64,000 nucleotides of DNA from Raillietiella orientalis. Lineage: Eukaryota. Below, piece after piece: positions 11,901 through 24,229 of the stretch. Numbering within the stretch: position 1 is the first letter of the stretch; each line of letters starts with the position of its first letter. Under the pieces are notes generated by a model. It made no database searches, was not told the DNA's origin, and saw nothing but the letters and a program-made list of their open reading frames with translations. The stretch lies in NCBI GenBank assembly GCA_036172245.1, contig JAYWIR010000001.1, forward strand, positions 9,734,001 to 9,798,000, read 5' to 3'. A program made the translations under genes and the position numbers.

Positions 11901-13621
11901 TTACCTTTTGCACGGTAGGATCTGATCTTTGGACGAGATCGGTTCTTGAGCCGAGCGAAAAAACTCGTGTTTCACATTCCCAGCCCTTATCCTTTGAAGA
12001 TGATAGATCGTCCGTATTGGCGAAGTCACGGCCACTTCAAATAGAAACAGAGACTGTTTCCTTGTGCACTTCGACCGCTTCAAAGGATAACCTTCATACA
12101 GTAGTACCATCTAAGTTTTCGCCGTCATCGGAAACAACGATGACGTCCATACCGTCTTTCATGGAGAAGAAAGAAGAGGTGGCACATGGTGCTGCTCAAA
12201 CCAATGCAGTGACCGCTGCATTATCGTCCCTTCCTATAGTCTCCGTTCAGGAAGCGTGCGTGAAGGAATTGGCTGTTGTAAAGGAGCCTTTGACAAAAGA
12301 TTTACCGGCATCGAAACTCAAAGAAGCTTCAGTTAAAAAGGACGGAGATTCATTAATAGCTCCTCACCCTGTAGCACCGCCATCCCAAAAGGGGGTTTCT
12401 TCTTTTCCGTTATCACCATCCATTTCGTCTCCCTTTACTGATATGGTGGCTCGATTAAGTTCCGCCGCCAGACCTATTTCCCCCATGCTGGCCGTGAGAA
12501 AGCCACAGTCAGCCAAGTTTCCTGTTCCTTATCCATCTCCCTACCCAGTTCAGTATCAGACTCCGCAGGAGAAACGGCCTCTTGGTCAGCAAGTCGCAAC
12601 GACTACAGCAGCCGCCCCAGCAGCTGCTTCCGCTTCAGGTTTCGAACTCGCCCCCAAAACACCACCAGCCTCAGGCAGCCAGGAATACTCACAAAAATCG
12701 CTGGCATCTTTGCAGGAAGAACCGACGATTCCTCCTGCACCTTTTGGATGTAGGGAACCTCCTGATACTGACAAAGCAAGAAGCAAGCTTGTGAACGAGC
12801 AAAAGCCTTTGGTAGCAAGTGTACCAGTTGAGGATTCGCCAGTGGCGAATTCCCTTGACGAGGCCGAAGTTGTCGAGCACAATGATTCCTTTTCCGAAGG
12901 ACCACCAAATGACTTGTGCTCAGTAAACGCCGAGCCCGGGCTTGCCCCCGTGGCCCCATCGGAAGTTTTGCCTCAAGAAGATTCGGACGAGGAGCACGCG
13001 CCACACGGAGATGCATCTGCGGCTGTCGAGCCCGAAGCCGAAATCCTGCAGCCATCCTCTCCCGAAGCCTCTAAAGTTCCGCATTCCCCATTGGTGATCA
13101 GTTCCAAGCCACGAAGTAGGAAACGAAGCACTTGTTCCGTTAAGGATGCAGAGATGCAGTCAGTTGACGCTAAGTCCACGAAAGAAAGCACAAAGTTACC
13201 TTCGCCAACTGTCATGTGCACGCGATCCTTAAACAGGAAAACAGTTTCCACTCCCAAGAAGGGTTTGCCCAAAAGAACTCAAGTGTCAGTGTCTCCGAAA
13301 AAGGGGAGCAAGTCAGAGGGCACTAGCGTAGCGGAAAAAGTAACAGGTAGCAGGTCGAAACCCGCAACCAACGAGAAAGAACAGCAGCAGAGAAAGCCAC
13401 AGTCGAGAACAGCAAAAAGTGTGTCCGTCGTAAGTGATAGTGCGCAGAACTTTCCCCCGTCAGGTTCACTCCGTGTGCAGACTCGCTCCTCGACCCAAAG
13501 CATATGCTCGCGATCCGTCGTCGAGGCGACTCCGGAAAAAAACTTGACCAGTCTTTCCACCAGGAAGAGAAAGGTCGAAGGAAGCGCCCGAATTTCGAAG
13601 AAAAGACGATCTGCCATGTAA
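5920..13621 (+). CDS. ZRSR2: U2AF35-related splicing factor ZRSR2/Urp-like (CCCH-UHM-CCCH-RS) with a long low-complexity C-terminus, about 1426 aa
   Basis: Manually spliced coding exons 5920-6011, 6076-6167, 8906-9111, 9186-9272, 9462-9500, 9546-9658, 9707-9847, 9908-10134, 10183-10303, 10356-10537, 10584-11861, 11919-13621. All introns are GT-AG, phases are consistent, total 4281 nt. Motifs: RKLRRQKRRQKLA, LHQEWLEREKQAQ, CPFFLRTAACRFGDRCSR.H, DEYDTDLNLEY, DFYEDVLPE..GEVIQFKVCCNYEPHLRGNVYVQY, FNGRFYAGRQL, WKSAICGLF..CPKGKGCNFLHVFKNP, then an RS domain. The first exon is less certain than the core. Confidence 0.92.
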
Positions 13622-13644
13622 ATGGATATGGTACGCAGATATTG

Positions 13645-13650
13645 AATAAA
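13645..13650 (+). terminator. AATAAA polyadenylation signal of the ZRSR2-like gene
   Basis: Canonical hexamer beginning 24 nt after the stop codon, followed by T/GT-rich sequence. Confidence 0.6.
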
Positions 13651-13705
13651 GTTTTTTGTGTATTGCCCTACATGAATGAATTTTATACATACAGTTATTT
13701 GAAAG

Positions 13706-13851
13706 GAAAAAAAAAAAAAAAAAAAAGAAAAAAAAACCTAGAAAGAAAAGCGCGCGCGAAAGAGAGAGAGAGAGAGGAGAGAAAAAGAAGAAGCGTGCTT
13801 TTTTTCTGTACATTTTGTGACCGAGTCGTTGCAAAAAAAAAAAAAAAAAAA
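13706..13851. repeat. Poly(A) and (GA)n simple repeats at the compositional boundary
   Basis: Two A runs of about 20 nt and a (GA)n tract, read directly. Confidence 0.85.
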
Positions 13852-15996
13852 TGAGACCCAAAACAATTATGTTGAAAGACGTGTATTGATCAAGAGTTTC
13901 GGTGTGAACTGTCTGCTAATCATAAAGAATGAACTGGTGTGCTGAAGTGAAACTCTTTGCCTTTGTACCTTACAGTTCATCCCTGTAACGAATGGGGAGT
14001 GTTTTCGAGGTAGTGGAAGAGTAGCAACGAGGCGGCTTTGACGTGCGTCATGCAGGAGCCGCAGCCAGTCCGATGCCTAAGAGGTGCGCTGCTTCCTGCG
14101 AAGTGCTGCGTGTTCGAAATGGCGCCGAGAGTAGAGAGAGTGAACCCCGAGCAGGTAGAGGGCTCAGTGGACAGTAATGGACCAGGCGACAAGTTTACCG
14201 TGTCCCAGAACAGGGAAACCCCGACGGGAGCTTTCGCTTCCCTTCCCGTGACCGGCAGAAGGGAAGCCTTCCTTCACGCCTCGATTTGCCCCCGCGCCAG
14301 CTCGCTGACCGGAACTTTCAAGAAGGAGCTGGCGAAAGCAAAGATCGTGTGGCTCCCCGTGGTCCATTTCGAGTGGCAGGTGACGAGAAGAAGAAAAACT
14401 CATGTACCTGAAAATCGAAAATACAGTAACTGCTGAAAAGAAACTTGTCCCAGTTTGGGGTCCTGGTGCGCGTTGGGTGCGGTTGCGCATGCTGCTGTTT
14501 TGTGTGTGTGTGTCGTTTGACTTGCATCTTTGGAATGCAACCATTCCCAGTTGTTTTTTCCGGGGGACCCTGGTTGAGGTGGCACCGAGTGCCGAATGGC
14601 GTTGGGCTCTGCCCAGCTCGCTTCCCGCGGGTTCGGTCCACCCTCAGGCGTTTTCGCGCCGGCCACACGGCTGTGTTCCCTCGGCCGGGGAAGCTGCAGC
14701 GGAGGCGAGCACGTCCTTACGGATCGCCTCCGTCCCCCGCGCGGAGGAAACCACTGATTTTCTGGAAGCCGATGGTGGGTCGGGGGGAGGGGAGGGGGTA
14801 ACGGACTGTCCGAAGGGGTGGGAGAAGAACTCGGCTGGAATGAGGGCCGTTGTTGAGTGCCTGGGTGCAGGGCCACGAAGCCCCTGCCCCCCGCTTCCCC
14901 CTCCCTCCCTGCCGAAAGTCTCGGTGGTGTTCGGGTGGCCTGCGGGGGAGTAGACCAGGTCGGAAGGGCGGATTCCTTGGTTCAGCGGGGCGACCGGCGA
15001 AAATGGCGAGGAGGCAAACGTCCCTCGCTGTGCCAGGACGTCTCCCGCAGCCCTCAAGGTGCCCGGAAGTGGAACCAAGACAAGCAAGAAAAGAGGAAGG
15101 CTCCCTCCGTTGAAAAGGAGGAATCCTCGCGTGGGGCTGTGCTACCCCAGCTCGGGGCCAGCTCCAACGTGTTCCAACGCCGGGCGTAGATGACAAGGTG
15201 CCTGGGGAAGCGACGTACGCCTGCTAGGATGGCCGCGGTGCCGGGTGTGTACTCCACGCGGAAAGATGCCGGGAGATCCGGATGCAGGTCGCGTCTCTTG
15301 GAAGGGAGTCACGGTCACCCCGCAACTTCGTTCTTCCGGATTCTTCTGGCCTCGTAAGCGCCGCCGATCCCCCTCCACTCGCAACGAGGAGATCCGACCT
15401 CGAGTTCCCTTCCTGGAGACGGTGGAGAATCCGAACGGGCGGCTGGAGACGGAGTCAGGGGGAAGCCTCCAAGACTCCTCCCCTCCTACCATTTTTTTTT
15501 TAGTCCCCTCTGCTTCCGCATTAAACAGAAAAATCGGGAGGAGGCGCGCGAACCACCATTTCTCTAGCAACGGTCCAATCCTCTGTCCTTCCTTTTCCTC
15601 TTTTTTGCTCGAAACCAGGGATGCGTTCTGCTGGATGGTGGCCACAAGACCAGCATCTCCAGCGCCGCCAGGCATCTGAGGGAGGCGGCAGCGATCCCGC
15701 ACTTCACTCCGTGCTGCGGCATCCTCCTCGGAGCACGTCCGAATGGGGGTGCAGAGCTGGGGCGCGCCTTCCGGGAGCGAGGCCAATCTCAGGATTTGGG
15801 GCGCCCGTTCCGGTTCCCCCTCCAGGTCACATGTGGCACAACAGAGGTCCCCTGCTCACGGAGGGTTCTGCAGGTGAAGGGTGAGGAAAGGGCCAGAGGG
15901 AGCGGAAGGACGGGAAGGGCTTGGCCCCGGAAATGGGGAGGTCTCCTCGCAGTCCTGCGAGGGTCTCGGGAAGGGCTTGCCCGAGGGCAGCCATTC

Positions 15997-16979
15997 CGCC
16001 CTCTACAGGAGGCGTCCCTTCGGGGTTCTCTTCAGAGGAGGAGGAAAGAAGGACGTTTCCCTTGCGGATTCCCGTCGAGGAAGAAATGAGGAGCAGTCCC
16101 CACAAAAAGGGGGGTCCCTTCGGAGAGAATAGGCAGTCGTGCGGGCGGTCAGGTCAGCTTCTCCTTATGCTTCGCAGCGCCACCTGCGTCGCTAGGCGGA
16201 ATCGAAGCAGCGGCAACCTTCCATGCGCTCAACGCGCTCCTCTCTTCGCATCGAGGATGGCCAAAGGCCTTTTCGGACAGAACCTCGTTCGGACTTGCCC
16301 GCACTGGCAGCAACAACCTCTGCGCGCGGCACCGTGCGTCGCGCTTCAGAATCCCTCCCGAGGAAGGGTCGACTCCGACAACGGAAGACGCGCCGTGGGT
16401 TCCAGTTCCCCCCGCTAGATTACTCTGGTTGGCCGGTATTCGGGTGCGGCACTACTGCAAGCCGGAAACCCCCGGATGCCCCGTCGCCTGGCCCGGATCG
16501 GAAGCTGACTCTCCGGAGTCCTTCCAGGAATCCAGGAGTTCTTCGGGGTTCCTCTCCGGTCGGGAAGATGGAGCCGTCCTCCTCTTCAGGAGGACTCTCC
16601 ATCGCGCACCATGGAGCTGGCTGATGCCTCTCCAGAGTGCGAGAAGAGCGCTGTTCCCTTCGAGGAGCGCCCTTTACAGAAGGAAACGCCCCTTCGGGGT
16701 TCTCTTCAGAGGAGGAGGAAAGAAGGGACGTTTCCCTTGCGGATTCCCGTCGAGGAAGACATGAGGAGCAGTCCCCACAAAAAGGGGGGTCCCTCCAAAG
16801 AGAATAGGCGGCCGTGCGGGTGGTGGCCAGATCAGCTTCTCCTTATGCTTCGCAGCGCCACCTCCGTTGCTAGGGCGAATCGAAACGGCGGCGAACCTTC
16901 CCTATGCTCGACGCGCTCTTCGCACCAAAGATGACCAATGGCCTTTTCGTGCTGAACCTCGGATCACAAAAAAAAAAAA
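15997..16979 (+). mobile_element. Head-to-tail partial tandem of the hairpin-array family
   Basis: 15997-16287 is repeated at 16668-16961 (period about 670). 16320-16808 aligns by eye with 2057-2566 (ggcacc, gtggg, ctggttggcc, gtgcggcact, ttccaggaatc, cctctccaga, cccttcggggttctcttcaga, cccttgcgg, gagaata). The copy ends ATCACA followed by an A run. Confidence 0.8.
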
Positions 16980-19094
16980 GAAGGTCAGCAGCCGTCTCCA
17001 TTCGGACCGCTTTGCGAGCCCAGTACTGGCGCGCAACCCTCGAAAGCGGAGCCTCCCCTGAGCGCCAGCACGAGCTGCAAGCCTGCACGACCCAATTCGC
17101 CTCCCGGCGCGGACAGCGGCCAACCGCCCCGACATCTGTCTCTGGGAGATGTCCTGAAGGAGAAGCAACCGCCTGAACACTCTTCGCCGAGCCGGCTCCA
17201 TCTGTCTGGAGGGCAAAGGGCCCGCCGACGCGCACGGAGCGGCAGCTCTCCCGCGCCGCTGCACCCGGGAGGCTAGAAGGCGAGCGAACTGGCGAGCGCC
17301 CCCGTCACATTTCACTCCCAGGAGGAGAAGAGACCTCTTCTCCCCCTTTTGGGGCGGAGTGGAGCCTCGAGCGTGCCCTCCAAGGAGCTATCTGCTCCTC
17401 CTTTGAGAGCGGATGCTTCGGCGTCCCCTCCCTAGGTGGAAGCACCTGGCTGCCGGGGTTTCCGGTGCGATCAGCGTCGGCACCCCATTCCTCGGGGCCA
17501 GCTGGGACCTCCGTCTGCTACAGGCGCGACGGACCTCCCCCGCACCCCTTAAAGGACCGCAGCGACGCTCTCCAGGCGGGCAGTCTTCTGCTCTCCAGAA
17601 GTCACCGCCGAGGACGCGCGGCCAGCGCCGCGACGGCGCGTGGTACGTAGCCGCAAGCCGAATCCCAGGCGCAGCGTGGGGAGGTCACCCGCATGGCGGT
17701 CTCGCCTGTGCGAAGAAGTCGCATCGGGACAGATCGGCGTTCCGCGCCAGCTTCGAGCACGAGGGAGCGCCGCAGACCCCCCGTCCCCACCCTCCCCTCG
17801 TCCACTTCCCCCTTCTCCTCCCCTCCGCACTTTCTCAGCAACCACCCTGCCTGTCGGCGATCCCTCTTCCCCAAAACTTCTGACTTCCTGTCTTCCGGCT
17901 CCCGCCATGTTTGTCCAGTTTGGATGACGCCCCGGCGCACAGGGCGAAGAGCCGCCTCCCTCCCGGGTCAGCAGAGAGGAGAGTCCTTCCTGCCCCCGGA
18001 AGCTACCTGCGGAGATCTGAGGGGCGAACCCGGATGGTGGTGGGCCGACCACCACCCCTCGGGTCACTCGCGCGCACGCCCGCGGGTTCCCCGCTGCGGC
18101 TGGAGGGCGCCGGGTAGGCCTCTCCCGCGATCCCGAAGGATGGTCGCTGCTCTGCGGCGTGGGTACGCCTGCCCCGACGCGCACCTGCGGTCTCTGGACC
18201 CCGGGGGGTTTCCTCGCCTGTCTCTCCTTTCCGCGATCGGACGGCAGGACTTCTCGCACCGCGTGAACCGTCGGGACTCCTTCCCGCTTAGGGAGTTGAC
18301 AGGATCTGTGCGTGGGGGGTGTCGGCTGCCTCCTGCGGACCAGTATAGCGACCGCAGTACAGCAGCCGCCGACATTCTCCGTTCGTGGCTGCCACTTTCC
18401 GGGCGCTGCAGGAATCGCCACGAGGCGCCTGCAGCTCCTCTTGTTTGGGGAAGGAAGCGTCCGTCTTCCCTGGCGCGAAAAGAAGCAGGTTCTCTCCTTT
18501 TCACAAAAAAAAAAAAAAAAGGAAGAAAAATCTGCAGTCGGGATTCATCTTCAGAAAAATCTGCAGATGAATCCCGACTGCATTCCGGTACGTGGATGCT
18601 CCCTCTTTCTTGTCACCAGAGGTCACCTCCAGGAGTCGACGACTGGGGCCACGTCAGACGGGCTTTGGGGGGAGGCGGGAGTTCCGCTCGCGGCTGAGTC
18701 CGTCGGGCGGAAAGTTCCGGAGCACAGGCGAGAGGACACGAGGGGTCGGGACGGCTCTCGGGGACATGGGTCAACAGCGGCGACTGCATGGCGCGGCCCA
18801 CCCCGGAATCCAGGGTAGGGTGCCGCGAGACTTCGAGGCCGCCTCCAGAGCCTTGCGGGGGTTCTATGGACCACGGAGGATCCGAGCTCTCTCACCCCTC
18901 CCAGCCATCTTCAGGACGGGAAGGAAGAGGTGGGGATGGCCGCGGGAGTCTCCCAGCGGCATCCGCCGCACCTGTGGTCCAGGAGCTACGCTGTCTCGGT
19001 GGCGCCGGGCAGCCTACGCATGCACGTTCGTGTGTGGGTGCACGGATGAATGCAGAGAGGAGGCAGGTGCGTAGGCAGTAGTGACGAGCTGGGG

Positions 19095-19650
19095 GGAGGG
19101 CAGAATGAGGGAAGAATTGGAGATGGAGGAGGAGGACGGGGAAGAAGAGTAAAACGATGGAAGAAAGGAAGAGAGGGAAGAGGAGGAGGATGGAAGGAAG
19201 GAAGGAGGAGGAAAGGATGGAAGGAAGGGAAGAGGGAGAGGAAAAAAGGAGGAAGAGAGAAAGGAAAGAAAGGAGGCAGAGGAAGAGGGGAAAGGAATAA
19301 AGGAAGGAAGAAGAGAAGGAAGAAAAGGAGGAGTTAAAGAGGAAGGAAAGGAGAGGGAGGAAGGAGGAAGAGGAAGAAAGGAAAAAGGGGTGGAGGGAAG
19401 AAAGGAAGAAGGAAAGAGGAAGAGAAGAGGAAGAGAGGTATGAAGAGGAAAGAAGGAAAGGAGGAGGAGGAAGAAAGGGGGAAGGGAAGAAGTAGGTAGA
19501 GGAGGAAAAGGATACATGGGAGGGGGGAGGACGACAACGACGAAAGGTGGAAGAGGAAGAAAGAGAAGAAAGGGATGAAAAGAGGAGAAAGTAAGAGAAG
19601 AGGAAAAGGAAAGAAGGAAGAAAGGAGAAGGAGGAGGAAGAGGGATCGGA
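19095..19650 (+). repeat. Long polypurine (GA-rich) tract
   Basis: About 550 nt almost exclusively G/A. Confidence 0.9.
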
Positions 19651-20059
19651 TGGGAGGAATCACTCAGCAAACGATCCGGGTTGGCTGGAGTGGACTTTGA
19701 GGTGCTCCTGGGGTCCGGGGTGGAGGGAGAAGGCGGAAAGGAAATGCGAGGAGGACCGAGTTGAGCTTCACGGAAGTTCTTCGGGCACACAAGCTCTGCG
19801 TGCTAAGTGGGGAGGGCTCCGGGAAGGAGGGGTCCTTGGGACGCTCGGGAGGGGCACTGCCGCCGTCACATCTGCGTGGCGGATGTGCTGCTAGGATCCG
19901 TCATCCGCCTTACTTCCCCGGGTGCCCCGGGCGTCCTTTTGTCTCAGGGACTGTTGTCTCCGCGTGGCTCGGAGGGCCTCCCGGAGCCGCCGGATTCGGC
20001 GACGCTCGCCTGGGGTCCGACGTGGAGACAGCCGGTGGAGTCATCACGTGCCCGAGAAC

Positions 20060-20480
20060 AGGCAGCGGGAGCGATGGCTCCATGGCTACTCCGCAGTCCA
20101 CGTTCCGGGAGCTGGTCGAGGGTTTTTTGGTCCAGCACCGGTGCCCACCTGGTGCTCCTGGGAGCACGTAGCGCTCCTGGCCGGAGTCAAATGGCCTTCC
20201 TCCCCGAGTGCTTGCGCTTTTCCTTCGTGGGTCCTTCCGGTGAGAGGATCCCCGGGAGCGATGGGGGTCATGCGAGGGGTCAATACTACGCAGTGCAACC
20301 TCAGAGAAGCCTCAGAGGTGATGCTGGCCGGAAGCCCCGAGCGAAAGAGGGCGAGCAGGAGGCGGGAACGCCTGGGAAGGGAAGGATGTGGGGGTGACTC
20401 GTCTCCGGATGTGCTTTCGGGGACTACTGGGGAGTACGACAAGGGAGTTTCGTCCCTCATTCTCCGAACCGTCAACTGAG
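20060..20480 (+). mobile_element. Decayed non-LTR retrotransposon RT fragment (CR1-like)
   Basis: GVMRGVNTTQCNLREA resembles GF.xGRST..NL. DVLSGTTGEYDKGVSSLILRTV resembles D.IYLDF.KAFD.V.H..LL.KL. Confidence 0.45.
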
Positions 20481-20839
20481 GCCCTCTCAGCAGCATAATT
20501 CCCCCCGAAGGGCCCCCGCGCGCACCGGTGAGAGACGAAACTGCCCGAAATGCGGGTCGACGCCGCTCTACGGGGGCGGCAACGATCTTCGGCGCGTCTG
20601 CGGCTACGCTTGCGGGCAGGGCGACACCATCAGTCTGACGAGGAGGATACGAGCTGCGAACAAGACGGGCTTGAGCGCAGCTTCCCGAACCGTCACGGCG
20701 TGAAGGATCCATCTCTTCCCGGAAACCTTGGAGACGAGGTCTTCTGGGAATTCGTCTCAGACGCGTTCGCTCCCTGTCGCCTGGGAGATGGCGAAAGATG
20801 TGTGTGCATGGAGGCCACCCGTCCCTGAGCTTTCCAAAG

Positions 20840-21030
20840 GGGAAAGAAGGGGGAGCGGGAGGAAGGGAGCAAGGAGAGGAGGAAAGGAAGAAGGGGGAAG
20901 AGCAGGGCTCTGAAGAGGAAGAGGAGAAGGAGGAGGGAAAGGAAAAAGAAGGGAATAGGAGGAAGGAAGGGGTAAGGGGAGGAAACGAAGAAGAGCAGAA
21001 GGAAGAGGAGGAAGGGGATGAAGGAGGAGT
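20840..21030 (+). repeat. Polypurine tract
   Basis: GA-rich low complexity. Confidence 0.85.
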
Positions 21031-21909
21031 TCATTTGCTCTCTTCCTCCTCCTCCTTTCCTGGGGGAGGGGAGATTTTTCGTTTTGGCTGCTAGCCGCAG
21101 GTGCATTTCATCTCTGCCTGTGATGGCGCTGACGCGCCAGAACAGGAGGTTTCCGTCCTGACGCAGCTCGGCAACCCGTCGCTTTTGGGGAGAACGCGGG
21201 CAGCGCGGAGCCTTCCGTCGCGAGGCCGGTAAAGGTGGGTAGGGAGTGGGGATGACGCCACGTGAGAATCCGGAGCGAAACTTCCTCTCGAGCGGGCATC
21301 GTCGGGCGGGCACTGCGAGAGCGCCCGTCTTCAGCAGGGTGTGAGGGCGAGAAGGCGAGGGGAGGAAGGAAGGAGAGAGCTCTGGTCGTCTCCTGGACAG
21401 GGGGCTTCTCGGAGGGTGCGGGTCCTCCCGGGTCCTCGGGGAAAGCTGCTGGGGCGGCTCTCGGGCGCTCGTTAACGGGGGAGGCCTTGAGCAAACATCT
21501 TCCTCCCGTAACACAATTAGCAGCCCCTCATCAGCATATCGGCGGTTGCCATCTCACCGCAAGACTCGGGCCCGCCTCGTACGTGAGCGGAAAGGCGGAA
21601 GTCATCGATCCGCGAGTGCGGCCCTCTGCCGGCGTGGCGCGCGCCGCCCGTCCGCCGGAACGCGGCGGGCAGGGCGAGCCCCCGCGCGCGCTTCCCTATG
21701 GGACGCAGCGCGTCCCTCTGGGCGAGGCAGGGTCTCCTCGCGCTTTGCCGGAGGGTCGCGAGTGGAAAGCTGCTCCCGGGAACCGTTCTTCTCGCGCGAC
21801 TCCCCAGAGACGCAGACTTTTCATCTCGGCGGCCAGGAGGGGACGGTCCTTCCCACCCCCTCCCCCTCCGTCCTCCCGGCACGCACGAGTCCCCTCAGCG
21901 GAACTCCGA

Positions 21910-22030
21910 ATGAAAAATGCCTCTCGTCTCTTCCCATTGTCACGACCCCGAGGCGGACGTTCCCAAGTGGACCGCCGCCGCATGAAAAATGTGCCCCATC
22001 GCTGCCCATTGTTCCGGCCCAGAAGCGGGT
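21910..22030 (+). repeat. Diverged 72-nt-period tandem duplication
   Basis: atgaaaaatg...cccattgt...gcgg starts at 21910 and again at 21982. Confidence 0.7.
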
Positions 22031-22334
22031 CAGCCCGCGAGATCAACCAGCTGATTGCAAACGCTTCCCTCCTCCCCTTCCTTCTCCTCCCTCCATCCAT
22101 TAGGACCGGGGAGGGCTGGGTGCGCCGCCCTTAGGAGCTGCGAATCCCGTGCGCCCTCGGCGACAGCAACCACCTCGGGGAACAATTCGAGCCGGTCCGC
22201 CCGGGAGGGCAGAGCGGGTGGCAGCGGCAGCAGCTGAGGGGGAAGGGGGGGGGGAGATGACGGCGATGAGGTGCTTCTTTGTTCCGAGAACAGAGGGCGG
22301 GCGCTCCTTTCATGTCGCTTGCACGGGCTCTCAG

Positions 22335-22495
22335 CAGGAGGAGCAGTGGAAGGGGGAGGAAGGAAGAGGAAAAGAAGAGAGGAGGAAGGGAGGGGAAGGA
22401 AAAGAATAGAGGAGGAAGAGAGAAGGAAAAGAAGAGGAAAAGAGGAGGAGGAGGAGGAGGAGAAGGAAGGAAGGAAGAGGAAGAAGGAGAGAAAT
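22335..22495 (+). repeat. Polypurine tract
   Basis: GA-rich low complexity. Confidence 0.85.
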
Positions 22496-24229
22496 GGACG
22501 AGAGACTTCCAGCATTCTGGGACGTTCTCCAGGAGAAAGCGCATTCCAGACGGTGCAGAGCCGAAAGGGAGGAGCACGGAAGTTCTTTTGACCACAGGGC
22601 ACCGTTCAGGGACACTTGGCGGGGAGGCTGCCCGGAGGGGAAAAAAGGGTTCTCTTCTTTCTCCCTATCTCGCCGAAATCCCGGAGCGACCGCGGAAAGG
22701 AGCTGCCGGCGTGGTGAGGATGTTGCCCGGATTCTACACGCGGCGTTTCCCCGGGCGCCCTTTCACCTCTGGGGAGTGGTCGCGCTCGGGGCCGCTTGGG
22801 AGGCTGCGTCCGGCGCAGCCTCAGGGGGACTCCAAGGGACGGCTCCCGACGCCCTGAGGAGCCCCGTGGCCGGAAGGAGACAGGGAGAGATCTAGGCGAG
22901 GAATGAGCACGCGGGGAGCCTTTCTCCAGCGGAGGGCACAGGCCCATCGTGCGTCCTCCCCGACCGCGGGTTCCACCAGAGGTGTCCCGGGAGCAGGAAG
23001 GACCTGTACCCTTCTTCCCCGGAGTGCCGTCTGGTGGCACGGAGGCCTTCCTCCGTCCAGGATCCCTCCCGGGCCCTTCCTGCCCCTCGCCGGTCCCCGG
23101 ACCAGGTCTTTCCGGGACAGGAGGGGTGTGGAGGAGCAGGAGGCGGGGGAGCGGTTGCGGGCCGCTCACGGGCAGGGAGAAGGCGCGTGGGGGCGAGAGA
23201 GGGACCCTTCCTTGGGGGCCGCAGAGACGTGCGGTGCGTCCTCAGCCCATGCTGAGGTGGGCCGGGGTTGACGGGAGGACGCCGCTCTGTGGTCACCGGG
23301 TAGTCTCTTTGCCTCCCCACTCCACCCTACTAGCCACAGAAGATCCGGCAATTACGGGCAGCGGCGTGGCGTTTTCTCGGGGGACTTTGGGGGCGACTCC
23401 CTTTTTCGAAGGACGCCTTTTCGTCTTCGTCAGGCCCCTCGGGGTGTGAGAGGCTTCTCTAGGCATCCTCCCGTCTCTTCGGGCAGGGGGCGCACCTCGG
23501 CGTAGCGGAAAATGCTCGCACTGCGCCCGGAAGAGCTCCCTGCCTCCTCCTCCCACCCGCCCGGGCGTCCCCACGGCAACGAAGCGCCTCCGCCGAGAGC
23601 GAAGCCGTTCCGACCGAAGAGCCCCCGTGCGCACGGGCCTCCTGCGCTCATCAGCTGCCCCTAACGGTTCCCAAGCGCCCGGAGAGGCGAGAGACGCAGC
23701 TCACCTCCGGCCGTCAACGGGTCTTCACGAGGTTCCCCTGCATTCCGCCCCCCCCCCCCGCCTCCTCCCTCGCATCCATCCGTTGCTTCGGTTTCTCGCT
23801 CACCGGAGACCACGCTCGCGGTCGCGGGCATGCAGGGCCGCCTGCAGCGAGCGCGCTCTTTGCGATCGAATCTCCCGCTTTCCACGCAGGTGAACTCATT
23901 ACGATGCCCTCACCTACACGCCTGCTGCTTCTTCCCCTTTGATTTACTTGTCGCTCTCCTGCCCCTGACGTCACCGCGCACGTTTCGACCGTCGACGTTT
24001 CCCTTCAATATCGGCCATTACTCGCTGCTACGTCCGAGTCATGATGGCACGCTGCTCTCCAAGAGTTTTTAAGTGGCGGTCCGCTTCCCTTTCGCCACGG
24101 GAAAGAGGACGAGGAAAAAGGAGGGGAAAAGGCCTTCCAGAAGGCGGCGTGGCTGCCGAACGCTAAAAGGCGGGGGGGGGGGTCCTGGCCGTCTCTACGC
24201 AACGAGTGCCTTGCACTCGATGCACTCAT

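Noticed and set aside
10493-13621. 1042-aa ORF as a standalone gene
   Set aside because: Its start lies out of frame in the preceding exon and intron. It splices in phase to the ZRSR2 exons.
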